Of a stretch of 64,000 bases of DNA, positions 21,301 through 34,036 are shown in pieces. Source of the stretch: Phaeosaccion multiseriatum (taxonomy: Eukaryota > Protista > Ochrophyta, other classes); the NCBI GenBank assembly GCA_965112735.1, contig OZ218951.1, positions 4,030,001 to 4,094,000 on the forward strand, written 5' to 3'. The position numbers and the translations under genes are program-made. The notes under the pieces were generated by a model. It was not told where the DNA came from. It made no database searches and worked only from the letters and a program-made list of their open reading frames with translations. How positions within the stretch are numbered: position 1 is the stretch's first letter; each line of letters begins with the position of its first letter.

Positions 21301-22979
21301 GAAGAAGTACCGCTCCAAGAGCTTGTCTCCCTGCGCAGAGCGGGTCAGTGTGGTCACACAAGCAGCCAAATAGAATAATGTGGTCGCATAGTATCGGGGA
21401 GAGAGAGAGGGGCGATACTTACGCAAGGCGCGACGCATTATGCTCACCTGCAGGACGGGAGAGCTTCGGTCGAAGTTTTGGGCATCATAGGGGCCTCTGC
21501 CCCGCCGGAGGTTGGCGCCTCTGCAGAGGTAGGGGAGGAGCCGGGTGCCGGGCAAGCATGAGATGTCAGTACTCATATTTCGCTCGCCCCACGCATGAGA
21601 AAGCAAAGACGAGTCATCGGGCCAGCGCACGGGCGGCACATCTCCATGTAAGGCTCTGTTCGGCTGCACTTTTCTGCACGCCTGTTTGCGCTCGCTGCTC
21701 ACCTTTCCCTGTAGCCCTCGTGTCCGTCCAACGCTCTCTCCTGGTCGTACTCGTCCTCGCTATCGTCCTCGCTGTCGTCATCTTGGTAGTGGTGCGAGGC
21801 TCGTCGTGCCCAGGCTGCGGGGCCTGCTTGGTCGGAACCATCTGGCAAGAAGCAAAGAGGGGGGGGGGTCAAAGCGTCAGGGACCGTGGGGAGAGGCAGG
21901 CGTCGCTCGGGAAGGAGTCCCCTCCCTTCTACGCCACTGCCCGTTACTCCCAACTTGCCTTCACACAACCCTCCAACCTTTAAACTTACGAGCAACTCCC
22001 CCTCTAGTACCTCAGTGTTTTCATCTTCTCCTTGGTCTTGTACTCTGTACAAGCAAACCCTGTCACCACCCTCTTAGTCTTCTCTCTTCTGCTCTTACCA
22101 GCACAAGCAGACGGGTGTACAATCAGGAACTCCATGCTGCGCAGATAGCCCTTGTCCAGGGCGTCGAACACTCCGTCCTCCATCCATCGAATCAGCTGCT
22201 GCGCTTGGCGGTGGTGCCTACTTCCCGCTGCAGGATAGCAGTGCGTAGGGATCACCAAGACAAAGCAAAGGCAGACAAACGTTAGGGAAGATTGGCGCCT
22301 CTCTTGGTGTTGTTGCTTGGCTGGAGTCTGGCTGGTAAAAGAGGAGCGGAGCTTTGACACGGTAGTTGCTCAGGAGAGGGGAGGGGAGGCGATTGCACCT
22401 GTCGGATGCGAAGCCCCATCTTTCGCGGCGTGGAGCTGCAGGACGTTGAGGCCAGCTGTAGAGAGGGGGCGAGTGGCAGCCAAGAGCGGAAGACAGCAAG
22501 CGAGAAGGGGCGTGAGGGTCTTGTGTGCGGAGAAGTTGGAGTGGGGACGGTTTGGAGCGAGCGAGTCGGAAGCGAAGCAGAAGGACGAGATGTGGGTTAG
22601 TTCCCCATGCTCGGTCTAGCTACCACGCATCAAGATGAAATCCCAAGTGCCGCGCCCCGTGCCGCTGCCTCTCGTTCCCGCGCAGGAAGTGTGCCCGCCC
22701 CGAGCAGGGTCGGAGGAGAGAGCGCGGCGGGGGAGACTCCGCAGCAGTAGACTACTCACCGTAGCTCTTCTTCTGAAAACAGCTCTCAGGGAAGACGCAT
22801 CGGAGGTGGCAGATGGACGAGATGGAAATGCGAAGGGCATTCTTGGTGAGGATGAGGGACTGCTGTCTCGTGATTTCGGCCTGCTGCTGCTGCTGCGCTT
22901 GCCTCGCCGCCACCCCACCTCCGCCACAACTCCTTCGACCGCCGCCACCCGCGCCTGCTGCGGTGCCCTTCCTCGCCAT
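18351..22979 (-). CDS. HOP1: Meiotic HORMA-domain axis protein (HOP1/ASY1/HORMAD-like), ~14 exons
   Basis: QSLILTKNALRISISSICHLRCVFPE, LIRWMEDGVFDALDKGYL, RNLMTFCNTLDSLP, RYLTIKLLYYDERLPANWQP; winged-helix-like segment ~19880-20040; C-terminal closure-like RKCSITSSPIRQ. Confidence 0.85.
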
Positions 22980-23252
22980 GTTTCCGTTTCTGATAGGCCT
23001 ACCTGTATTTGGTAGTTGTCCAGTCGGAGAAGGGGGGGGGGGCGAGTCTTGGAAATCCCCGGGGGGGTGAGAGCCTTGGCGTGGCGGGAAAACTTGCGAG
23101 ACGACACACAAAAGAGAGTATAAATTGGTGGCATTTGTATATAGTGTTATACTTTGTAGTCTCTCTGTACAACCCCGCTCGCTTTGTGCGCGGGGGAGGT
23201 GGGGAGGGCTGTGCCTATGCCTCTACTCTAACGTGCTGATGCTGTGTTGTTG

Positions 23253-24597
23253 TTATTGTGGCGCCCCCCCTCCCGCCGTCGTTGTTCGTGCCCTCACTCT
23301 TCTGTCGCCCACGCGCCCTGAAGAAGAATCGCCATTCGGTGAAGAATCCCGTGCATCGCCCGGGTCTTGATTCGCCTCCACCTTCACCTTCGCCCCCGCC
23401 TCCGCCTCGCCCCCCCCCTCGCCCCTGTCCTTGCCCTCCGATGCTGCTGGCTGCGCGTTGTGCTGCTTGGTGACGCTCTCCATAAAGCCCATGAGCAGCC
23501 CTCCCGCCGCCGCTGCCTCCATGTCCATCTTCTTTTCCTCCTTTACTACCACGCCAGAGCCCAAGCCTGACGAGCCCGAGGGGGCCGACGATGGCAGCTT
23601 GCGCTTCTTGCCCGGCCGGCGGCTCTGCATCTCGCTCTCTCGAAGCGTCTCTGTCAGGGACTCGGTTGAGGAAGAGGCGGAAGAGGAAGACGGAGGAGCG
23701 TGTGGCTCGCCGGTCTGCTCGCCTGTCTGCTCGCCTGTCTGCTCACCTGTCTGCTCGCTGCTGCTGCTACTGCTGTTGCTGCTATTGTTCCTACTGCTCC
23801 TGCAGCTGTCTGTCTCGTTCTCCGTCTCCATGCCTCCGTCGTTACTGCCGCTCTCCTCGAAGTCTTCGCTGCCTGACAAAGAGGAGCCGTCCATACTCGA
23901 GCTGCTGCCGCTGGATTTATTTCCTTGCCGTCGAGAAGAGCCCCGTTGAGAGCCGTTGAGAGTTCCATCGGAGCTGCCCCTGCTCTTTCGCCCCTCCTCC
24001 TCGCTGCCGCTGCCGCTGCCGCTACCGCTACCACTGCCACTCATGCTGCAGTTGGTTGTGGCCCCCTCACTACCACTCGAGCCCCCACCGCGAGAGCTGC
24101 CGAGGCCGCCACCCTTGCTCTTCTCTCCGTCATAACCCAGCTTTGCAAGCGTGGCTCCCGACAGCTTTCCGCTGCTGCTAGTGGCATTGCTGCCCGAGCC
24201 TGACCCCGCCGAGTCCTCGTCTGAGCAGGACGCGGACGAGGCCAGCAGCGACGGTGGCGGAGAAGGCCCGACCACAGCCTCACCCTGCTGCTGGTGCTGG
24301 TGCTTCTGCCGCCTTGCCTGCTCTTCCGCCTCCTCATCCTGCTGCTGTTGCTGCAGCTGCACGCGAATCTGGTTCCTGTGCAATTGCCGCTGCTTTTGCT
24401 GCTCGACCTGCTCCTGCTCTCTCAGCTCCGCCCGCTGCCTCTGCTGCTCTATGTGCTCCTGTCGCTGGCGGTGCAGCTGCTCGTGCTGCTGAACCTCGTG
24501 CAGCCGCCTGAGGTGCTCGAGCTGCTGCTGCTGAGCTAGCTGCAGCTGCTGTTTGCGAAATTGCTGCAGCTGCTCTTGCGCGCTTTTGGGCACACCT

Positions 24598-24641
<44 letters not shown>

Positions 24642-25649
24642 GGGGTACGTCCACGCTGCCGCATCTACCCCCACGGGCGGAGGCAAGCCTCGCTGCTGCT
24701 GCTGGTGATGGCTGGCGCCTGCCATACTCATTTGGTGATACGACCACTGCTGCTGCTGCTGCTGGTGCTGCTGCAGGTGGTGAGGGTGGTGAGTGTGGGG
24801 AGGCATGATGCCCCCAGCGGTAGGTGGCATGGGGTAGTGGGCGGGCGGCGCCGGGTACGGTGGCACACCTGGCACACCGTACGGTTGCGGCATTTTGGGG
24901 AAACCTGCGGCTGCCTGTGCATACCTGTACATGGGCGTGTGCCACGCCGCTGGCTGGTGCTGCTGGTGGTGCTGGTGAGGAGGAGGATTGTGTGTAGCGT
25001 GGGGGCCAAAGAAGGCTGCTGCTGCTGCTGCTGCCTGTTGTCCCATGAGGAGCGGCCCGCCCATAACTCCATTCGTGGGAGGGACCGGTGGTAGCAGTCC
25101 GATGCTGTGTGGACCGGCCATGGCACCCAAGCCCGATAGGCCTGTCAAGCTGCCGTGGTGGTGATGCCCGTGGTGGTGGTGGTGGTGGTGGTGGTGAGGG
25201 TGGAGCAGCTTAGCCTCTAGCCCCCCCGACCTGCGCTCCTTGTCTCTATCAAGCCGCGCTTGGAACCTGGCCTCGAGCGCGCGCAGCTCCCCCTCCGCCA
25301 TGTCGCGCTCCGGCTTTGTGGGACAGCGGTCGGAGCTGTGGTACACTCTCTTTCCCAGGCAGCTCGAGCCTGTAAACTTTTTCGTGATTCGCATGGGGTC
25401 GCATGCCAGCTTCTCAGCAAGGTACGCCCTCAGAGTGGTGCCCTCGGACATATCGAGAGCACCCGTGTTGAAGTGACGAATGATGGCAGCGGTGTACTCT
25501 TCTTCCTCCACTGTCCACTTTCCTTTCCGCGGGGCCTTGTCCTTCTTACACGCTGCCGCGGCCGCTACTGGCATGTCGTCTTCCCTCTTTAGCTCCCCGT
25601 TCTCCTTCGGCCGTGGAGGCGGTCCATCTACTCCTGGTGGTTGGTCCAT
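23253..25649 (-). CDS. Putative transcription factor: N-terminal Myb-like domain plus His/Gln/Ser-rich tail (798 aa, intronless)
   Basis: RKGKWTVEEEEY...GTTLRAYLAEKLACDPMRITKKF resembles a Myb-related motif I associate with stramenopiles (recalled, not searched); long open frame. Confidence 0.7.
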
Positions 25650-25821
25650 CTCTCTTTTGTCCTCGCTGTGTGCTCACTTTTTTACCTTTTTCTGTTTTTT
25701 TTCAAGGGCATCTGGCCTGAGGTTGCGAAGTTTGACGTTAAGTTACGATTCGCCGTCTTTTACGTCATCGAAGAGGAGGGAGGGAGGGAGGGAGGGGAAG
25801 AAGGGAGGGAGGGAGGGAGTC

Positions 25822-25991
25822 GACCCTGGACAAGATTATCTGAGTACTGAGCCGGCCTGATTACTGATTATGACCGGCGCCAGCCGGCCTGGTTGCTTAC
25901 AGCCGGTGACCAGCCGGCCTGAGTACTGATTATGCGCCCACGCTGATTACTGATTGCGGTCCCGGCGCACACCGCAATCCTGTCCAGGGTC
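25822..25991. repeat. 170-bp unit bounded by 16-bp inverted repeats (MITE-like or promoter hairpin)
   Basis: gaccctggacaagatt (25822-25837) vs aatcctgtccagggtc (25976-25991), 15/16 match; internal repeats of ctga(t/g)tactga. Confidence 0.6.
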
Positions 25992-25993
25992 AA

Positions 25994-26152
25994 TAGGCCT
26001 AGGTCGGGGGGGCTGCGCCAAAAATAGGCCTAGGCCGGGGGCCTGCGGCCTCCTCTAGGCCTAGGCCGGGGGCCTGCGGCCCCCCTAGGCCGGGGGCCTG
26101 CGGCCCCCCTAGGCCGGCCAAATTTCGACTCTAGGCCTAGGCTTCTAGGCCA
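25994..26152. repeat. Tandem GC-rich palindromic units (taggcctagg / ctaggccgggggcctgcggcc)
   Basis: Direct reading. Confidence 0.8.
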
Positions 26153-27096
26153 GTCTGGGGCCGATCAGTCGGCTGCCCATCCCTTCACGCCTCCCTCTCC
26201 CCCCCCCCTGGTGTATCTGTAGCTCGGGTGTGATAGTCTCACGCATCTCCTGAGCCCCTCATTTTACCCTCACCGCCGAGTCAACGTTCGAGAGCGAGGA
26301 GAGGTGTACAAAGAGGACAGCGACCACCAAGACTCACAACACAGGAGTCCGCATTGCCTTGTTCCGCCTCTGCCCGGGGTCTCTAAAGGGGACTGGTACT
26401 GCCCAGAATACGAATGGTAGGCACGTACGAGGAGGGTAGTGGAGAGCATCAAGGAAGGGTGGTCTGAGGTGGCTGAAAGAAGGTCAGCGAGGGAGCGGAC
26501 GTCCTGGCGCATGACTTTAAAGTACATTTTTTTTGGCCCCATCATCTGTCGCGAAGCCAGCCTAGGCTAATGAAGCCCCAATCAACTGCGCTGAAACCCA
26601 TCCAAGAACACTAAAGTAGCCCCGGATAGCCGGCCGATGCCAGCGGTACCATGCTCAGGGAAAAGGGGGTGAGGGGCTGGCGGAACAAGCCCACCACTGA
26701 CACCGCAGGCGCAGCGCGGCCGGCCGGCCGGTAGCATAGCAGGTCAAAGCCGGCTGACGCTGGCGATCGCAGATAGCACACCGGTTGGCGCCGGCGATAG
26801 CAGATAGCACGTCAGGGGTCGAAAATCCTTTGCCCGGCGCTTGTCGGTGTTCCTCCAAAACTGCTCGTCGCCAAAGGGAACGGGGCTTTGTTCCCTTCGC
26901 TCCCCCCTCCCTAACGAAGATGAGCAACGGAAAGACACACCATGCCCTCCCCTAGCAGCCATGCATCAAGAGCCTGGCTGCCACACTCTGTCACGGAGAG
27001 CTGCCTGCCTATCAACGCAAGTCCGGCTGGCTCCCTCTCACACGGACAGCCGGCTATCTTCCTACCCACGGAAGTCTGGCTGCCTGCCTCACTCCC

Positions 27097-29782
27097 TCAC
27101 CCGGAAACAAGCCGGCTTCTCGAGGCGGCGGCCACAAAGCTGCCCACGGCTGCTCCCAACGACCCTCCGACCAAGTACAAGGACGAGGAGGAAGACCCCG
27201 TGAGGAGGGCGGGAGCATCACCATCACCATCATGACCATCACCACCACCACCACCACCACCACCACCACCACCACCACCGCGGGTACCACCAGCCGCCGC
27301 AGTCGGAGCTGCTGCCGCGAGACGCCGCCCGCCCTCCGCCCCTGCCGCCCTCACAATGTCCTCCTCAAACTCATGATTCGCCATGGGTGTCCAGTCCGTG
27401 AGGGCTGTTTGCACCAAAGGGAAGAAAGACCCGTCCCTCCAGGGCAGCCACGTGCCGCCCAGGTACTGGGGGTCGGCAGCGACTGTGTCGTCGTGCCAAA
27501 ACTCGGACACAAAGGCGTCCACCCCCCGGAGCGCGTGGGCATTCTGGTACGACACCCACTCCTCCATGAGTTGGGCCTGCACCTCAGTAAAGTCAGGGTG
27601 ATTGAACAGGTTGGAATTGCACGCCATGTCGTCGTCGTCGTCGTCGCCAGCAGTAGCAGTAGCAGTAGCAGTTTGGCTGGAGCCGGCGCCGGACCCGGAG
27701 GCAGGGCCAGCAGGGCCTTGTTCCACCAAGTAGGCTCGCTCAGCCTCCTCCTCCTGTGGGTTCTTCTCCAAGTCAAACAACTGAAAGGTGGTGTCACTCT
27801 GCTCCTTGCTCAGGGCCTCGGAGAGCTCCTCCCACGTCATCCCACCCGACCCAGAGGCTTGCAGCAGCAGCTTCCTGCCCAGCGCATACGTGGCCGCTTC
27901 GGGCGTGTTTGAGCGGGCAATGAGCTTGTACTTTCCCATTCTCAAGGCGCCCGTATAGCCAAACATCTGGAGGAGGAGGAGGAGGAGGAGGATGAAGAGG
28001 AGGAGGAGAGGGAATGGGCATGGAGAAGAAGAGGGACATACTGAAAAGAAGGGTGAAACAATACACCAGAGATAAAAAGGCCAACACTAGCAGCAACACA
28101 AACCACCGCACCAACAACATCACCACCAACAACACCAAAAGACCGCTCTGCTGAAGGAAAGACTTGTCGCAGCACGAGAGGCATGGGACGCAAAGCCCAG
28201 GACCCCTCCCCCCCCCCATCCTCCATACTACCGCCGCCCTGCTTACCTTGCTGCTCATGTTGTGCAATACCGTCGTCCGTGGACACGGCTGCCGCGCCAC
28301 GAGAGCCGGCCACACGTCCATCCCGTCCTGGTGCAGAGCACCGTCCCCCTTGAGGGAGCGGTCCTCCTCCCCCTGTGGGTCCTCGCTGAAGCCGCGCAGG
28401 GTGGCGTGTATGTCCGTCATGTGCACCATATCCTCCAAGCGATAGGGCCCTACTCCTCCTCCTCCTCCTCCTCCTCCTCCTCCTCCTCCTCCTTCTCCTT
28501 CTCCTCCTCCTTCTCCTCCGAGAGAGGCCTCGAGGTAGCCTCCGCTGAGGAAGGCAGGGGCTCGCACGCCTCCTTCGTACAGGGACCCTCTCTGCCCTCT
28601 GAGGTGGAGGTTGTCCGAGCCGTGCACGAGGGAGCCCCCATTGTCGCTCAGAAACACTAGGAGCGTGTCCTCGTACATCCCCTTGCGTCTCAGGGCCTCC
28701 TCAATGGCTGCGAATCCTGAGTCCACCTGCGCCACCATCCCGCACAGCCTGCCCCTCGTCCTCGCTCGAAAGAGCGCTTCTTCCTCTTCTTCTTCAGCCC
28801 CTGTTGCCTCATCTTCCTTCTTCCTCTCCTTCTTCCCTCCCCCAACGGACCGCAAAGACCCTCCTCCTTCCCCCCCGTAGAGGGCGGCGGCCTCTCGCTC
28901 GAAGGTCTCACAGCCCGTCGGCAGCGTGCCGTCAAAGTACCTGGTGTCTGCTTGTACAGGGGGGTGCACCGCCTGGTAGGCCACCACTAGGAATAAGGGC
29001 TCTTCAGCCTCATCAGCCTCATTAGCCGCCGCCGACGCCGCCGCCGACGCCGCCGCCGACGCCTCAATGCGCTCAATGGCCCAACGCGTGTACAGGTCCG
29101 TGGTGTGCACGCCATCCGAAGGCGAATGCATGCCGCCTGGTGCCTCCGCTTCGTCGTTCCGCACTAGATTTCTCCCAGTCAGTAAGACAGACGACTGTTG
29201 CCGCTGCCCAGCCGCCTCTTTCCCGCGGGGTGGCAGCCCTGCGATGGCTGTCGACGTGTGAGTATAGTGGTCTCCGCCTTCGCCCAGAATGCCGTAAAAG
29301 TCGTCGAACCCACGATTGGTCGGAGTATGTGCCTGCGTTACAAAGCCCAAATGCCACTTGCCGGTCATGGACGTGGCATAGCCCCCAGCCTTCATCGCCT
29401 CCGCCAGCGTGGTCTCCTGCAAAGACAGGCCTCTCGGCTCCATGCTGTGAATGACCGTGTCCTGCAAACCGTACCGGAAGGGGTATCTCCCCGTCATGAG
29501 GCTTGCCCTGCTAGGAGTGCACTTGGGCGGCGCGTAAAACGTGTCGAGGATGATGCCTCTGCTCGCTGCTGCGTCGAGGTTGGGTGTGGCCTGGGCCATG
29601 TCTGGATTGTTGTAGCCCACATCGCCCACCCCCAGATCGTCCACCAGCACCACCACGATGTGAGGCCGTACTCTGCGTCCCTTGCTCTCACTTTGGCTGC
29701 TGCTGAAGGGCACTCCGATACAAGAGCCGACATAGGCGGAGGCCCACACCAGCAGCAGCGGGAGCCCGAGCCGCCACCCCAT
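27097..29782 (-). CDS. Formylglycine-dependent sulfatase (arylsulfatase B-like); exons 29782-28247, 27966-27097
   Basis: Signal peptide; PHIVVVLVDDLG, CTPSRASLMTGRY (CxPxR), GKWHLG, FLSDNGG, YEGGVRAP; phase-0 intron; 3' end less certain. Confidence 0.9.
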
Positions 29783-30041
29783 GGAGGGGGCCAGAGAGCG
29801 ATAGAGAGCCCAGCCCACCCCAGCCAGCTCCAAAAACGAGAGAGAGGAGCGAGGAGTTAGAGCACTCACAGCATCGCCCTCGCAACGCTAGAGGAAAGAG
29901 ACAAGGGGCGTACGCTACCGTATGAGGAAGGGTAGTATGTCCCGCCCCAGCAGTTAAGGTTCACAGATGACAAATATGGATTACAATCGATAATGTCTTT
30001 TCCCCACGCGTCGGCCCTCCTACTCGTTCCCCGGGGCGGGC

Positions 30042-30073
<32 letters not shown>

Positions 30074-30444
30074 GCCCTCTCTCCTCTCAATCATAGATGG
30101 CACTAAGTTACCGTCTCCTACTCGACCGACAGAACAGAGATAAGGTCGCTCCCAGGAGAGAAGAGAGAAAAACTTTAGGTCGATACTGTGTAGTACTTCG
30201 AAGTAGTACTTAATTTAGTTCCTTCCATCGCGTCTGTATTACACTTTGTGTCGGGGGCTTTTTACATGATACAAGACCTCTATTCTCGCACTACAGTAGT
30301 GAATGTTATTCGAACGGGTCATCGTAAATTAAGTACGTAGATCAGGGCGGGGAAGATAAGTAATTAAAGCCTATCAAGAGAGTGGGTGGACTCTAGCTCT
30401 AGTGTTGCCCTCCTCTCCCCATGTCCGTGCCTCTTGATGCTTCT

Positions 30445-33423
30445 TCAAGCATTCATTCGTATCGTCTTGATGGCCTGGCTAATCGGGGTGCGGCAGACAG
30501 GACAGTCGCCGAACCCTTTTGAACACTGCCATGTGTCATGCATGGAGAGGGACGAGAGAGGGGGGCGGGGAGGATTGTAAGGTGCTGGTTTGTGGGTGGG
30601 ACGGATGGGTACGGAATAAGACGAGGCGCGACTCCTTCTGTGTACTCTTGTTCCCTCCCCCACGGAATGCCCGAGGTCTGGGCCGGGGTGGGCCCTCCCT
30701 TCCTTCACTTCATGCCCTCCCTTCCTTCACTTCATCTGCCCCATCATGCCATCTACAATGGACCTCTGGTTGTGGTTTGGGAGGGGGGCTCTGCAGTGCG
30801 CAGTGTGCGCTTGCTTGCTGGTGTGCTTACCTCAGAGCAACAGGCGTTGTGGCCGCAGGGGGCGAAGGTGATGTCCACAACATTGCTGAAGCACACGATG
30901 CACAGTGCAGGCTCCTCGCTATAGGCCGCGGGTACTGCAGGACAAAGGGTCAGAGCCAGTCCGTTAGAATCGTATGGGCATGGGTCGGGGAAGGCAGGCA
31001 TAGGGGCATGGATGGGCAGACCTATGGGCATGGACAGGCAGGCATACGGGTATATAGGGCGGGTCACCATTACTTACTAATCGTGGCCGCTGTTGCGAAT
31101 AGAGCGGGTGCGCTTGGCGGTGCCAAGGTGCTGGCCACCACGGAGCTGCCGCTGTCCGGCCTCCTCCCTCCTCCTTCTCCTCCTCCTGCTCCTCCTCCCC
31201 CCCATCCGCCCCCCCCCGCCCCCCCCCCTCCTCCTCCTCCTCCTCCTCCTCCTGGTGCTTCTTTCAAGAGACGGTCCATCACCGTCCACATTGCCGGCAG
31301 ATTCGTAATCTCATTGACCTGCACACAGGGCACAAGGAAAAGGAATCAAGCTCAAAGGAGGGGAAGCACAGTGACACTTCTCCTCCTCCTCCTCCTCCCT
31401 TCTCTACCATACCTGGCAGCCGTGTGTCTGTACGAGGAAGCGCATCATGTGAAGGTGACCATGATTGGCCGCAATGCCAAGCACACTCTCCCTTAGTCTG
31501 TTGCCCAGCGGGGCCTTCTTTTCTACATCCTTGTAGATTGGAACCTTTTGTTCATCGAGCAGCCACATCAACAACTGCAGACTCCCACCCGCAGCGGCGC
31601 AGTGAGCAGGCAGCTCGTTGTCTGTTTCGCGTTAATTGGCATAAGGTAAGAGGGGGGGGGGAAGAGAGACGGACGCAGGTGAGTGGGTCGTTGTTGATTT
31701 AACAGAGGGAGAGGGAAAGAGAGAAGTGTCTGAAGTGGGCATGACGCGGTGAGGACGAGGCAGCACACACACACACACACACACCCATCCATTCATTCAT
31801 TCACCCATGCACCCACCACCAACAACAAACACAGTCGTCTCATCCTCTCTCCCCCACCGCTCGCACCATAGATGGTGTAAGGACAGCGCAAGTTGATCCT
31901 CTTCTTGGAGAACTCCGTCATGGCCCCCACACTGTCCCCCTGCAGCAGCGCCGTGCGAAAGCTCTCCATGTCCGAGTGGCAAAAGTTGCACACACGCGCT
32001 GCGTTCTCCCCCTGGCTCTTGGCGAATGTGAAGGGCAACATGGTCATCGGCCATTGGCGGTCGCTGCACGAGCCGCATACGAGCTTGCCGCAGTTCCGGC
32101 AGTGGTGCTAAGATTTGAAAGAATGGAGAGAGGGAGGGAGGAGCATGTGAGGACGATGTTGGTTGGCTGGGATAGAATGGAAGGGGGGGGGGTGGGGAGA
32201 GGAAGGAGGATGGTGAGGAGGATACACGATTGGGCAGGGTAGCAGCTCATTGGCTTTTGTTGTGTGTTGGTTGGGATAGAATAGGTCGAGTCGAGGGCGG
32301 AAGAAAGAGAGGGAAGGAGCACTCAGACGCACACCTCACACCTTGCGGCGGAAGAGGAGGCCGAAGGAGGAGGAGCAGCATGCGCATTTGGCGTCCGAGT
32401 TGCGCTCTTCCTCCCAGTGCGGGGGGGAGAAGGACTCGCACGCCCTGTGGACACGAGAGTGGAGACATGGAACAGAAAAGAGAGGACAGATGGACGAGCA
32501 TGGAGGCAGGAGAGGAGGAAAGATGAATGATTGAGGGGGTGGCAAGGACGCTTGTGGTAGGACACAAGCAGGCAGCACTACACACAATCCTGTCCGTCTC
32601 CCGCCTCCATATGAATACCCACCAGCCTGTCTGCTTGCTTGCCTGCATGCCTGCCCACCATGACCCCTGCCAACCTACCGGTGCGCCTCAATTTCAGTCC
32701 GATAGCTCCCCAGCGCCACCTCCGGCGCCTGCTTCGATCCTCCTCGCCCGACCATGGACTTGACCAAGGCTATATACATGCCCCCCTCAGCTTTGACCGT
32801 CCAGGGCTCCAGCGTACGCCCCGAACCACCACCTTCCCCACCCCCGTCTGCATGCGGTGAGGGGCTGCGATGCTCCTGCCTGCCGTTCCCGCCCCCATCG
32901 CTCTCCGTGCTGCTGCGCCGGCCACCGCTCCCCCCAAAGAGGCTCACCGATAGCCTTTTCAGCGAAAACGCTCCTCCTTCTCCCCCTCCGCCCCCCGCCG
33001 ATGCCGTAGATTGTCTTCTACTCCCCCCTTCCGAAGACGTCGTGGAGAGCTTTCTGGTAGCCCCTGCCGCGCTTGGAGAAGTGCTCACTGCACGTGAAGA
33101 GCTGGATGTGGCTACTCCTCCTGCCCTTTCCCGCCCGCTGCCCGAACCCTCGAGCCCCCTGTGTTCACGCAAGTACTCCTCGTAGCGGTCCTCAGCAGAG
33201 GCGGACGAGGAGGAGCCCTGACCGTGCTGACTTGAGGAGGAGCGACCCGGGGCCTCGCTGGTACTAACAGAAGGCTCGGCAACGGAGCTTGGGGCTGGAG
33301 CCGTCACCGTAGGGTAGTAGGATAGTGGAGCTTCGCTGGCTTCGTCAAGAATCCCAAAGTACTGGTTGTCGGACGAGGCTCTGCTGTGTGCGAGCTGCTG
33401 GCGCTGCTGCTGCTCTTGGCGCT

Positions 33424-33472
<49 letters not shown>

Positions 33473-33733
33473 CTGCTGCTGTTGCTGCTGCTGCTGCTGC
33501 GGTGGAAGGCTAACTGGAGGTAGACGATGCTCAGGCGAAGGAGTGTGGTGCTGCTGCAAGTGGGGGCGGGGAGGAAGGGCCGGGGGCACCAGAGCGTTGT
33601 ACGTGTTCCTCCTATGGTGCACAGGTTCTTCCTCCTTGAATTCTTGATGATGCTGCTGCTGCTGGTGGTGGTATGGTTCTCTCTCCGGCTCTTGCTGGAG
33701 GGGGGGCGCGGAGCCCCTCCTCATCTGCATCAT
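30445..33733 (-). CDS. FYVE + ankyrin + C-terminal RING protein (putative endosomal E3 ligase), multi-exon
   Basis: CACC...RRK|HHCRNCGKLVCGSCS...RVCNFC (FYVE); PAHCAAAGGSLQLLMWLL and LGIAANHGHLHMMRFLV (ankyrin); CIVC...PCGHNACCSE|CSKGFGDCPVCR (RING). Confidence 0.85.
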
Positions 33734-34036
33734 CTTGTCCTCCTTTTTTTGCTCTTAGGGCGTTTCTAACTGCGTCCCTCTTTCGTTGTGTGTAGGCTCT
33801 ACGCGTCCTCTAGGCGGGATCTCTGCAAGAGATTGTACGTCAAGAGGGACCTCTGCTCCTCCTTCCTTTTGTTGGAGTGTACAGGGGCCTATAAGGAAGA
33901 GAGGAGGAGGCGTTCTTGTGCCAACATTTGCGCCAACGAGCCGACAAGGAAAAGTCTCAGTTTTAGTTTCAGGTTATGAGCCCCTTGCTCGAATTGAGGC
34001 GCAGACAGAAAGAGCAACGAGGCTCCAAAGCAGACG

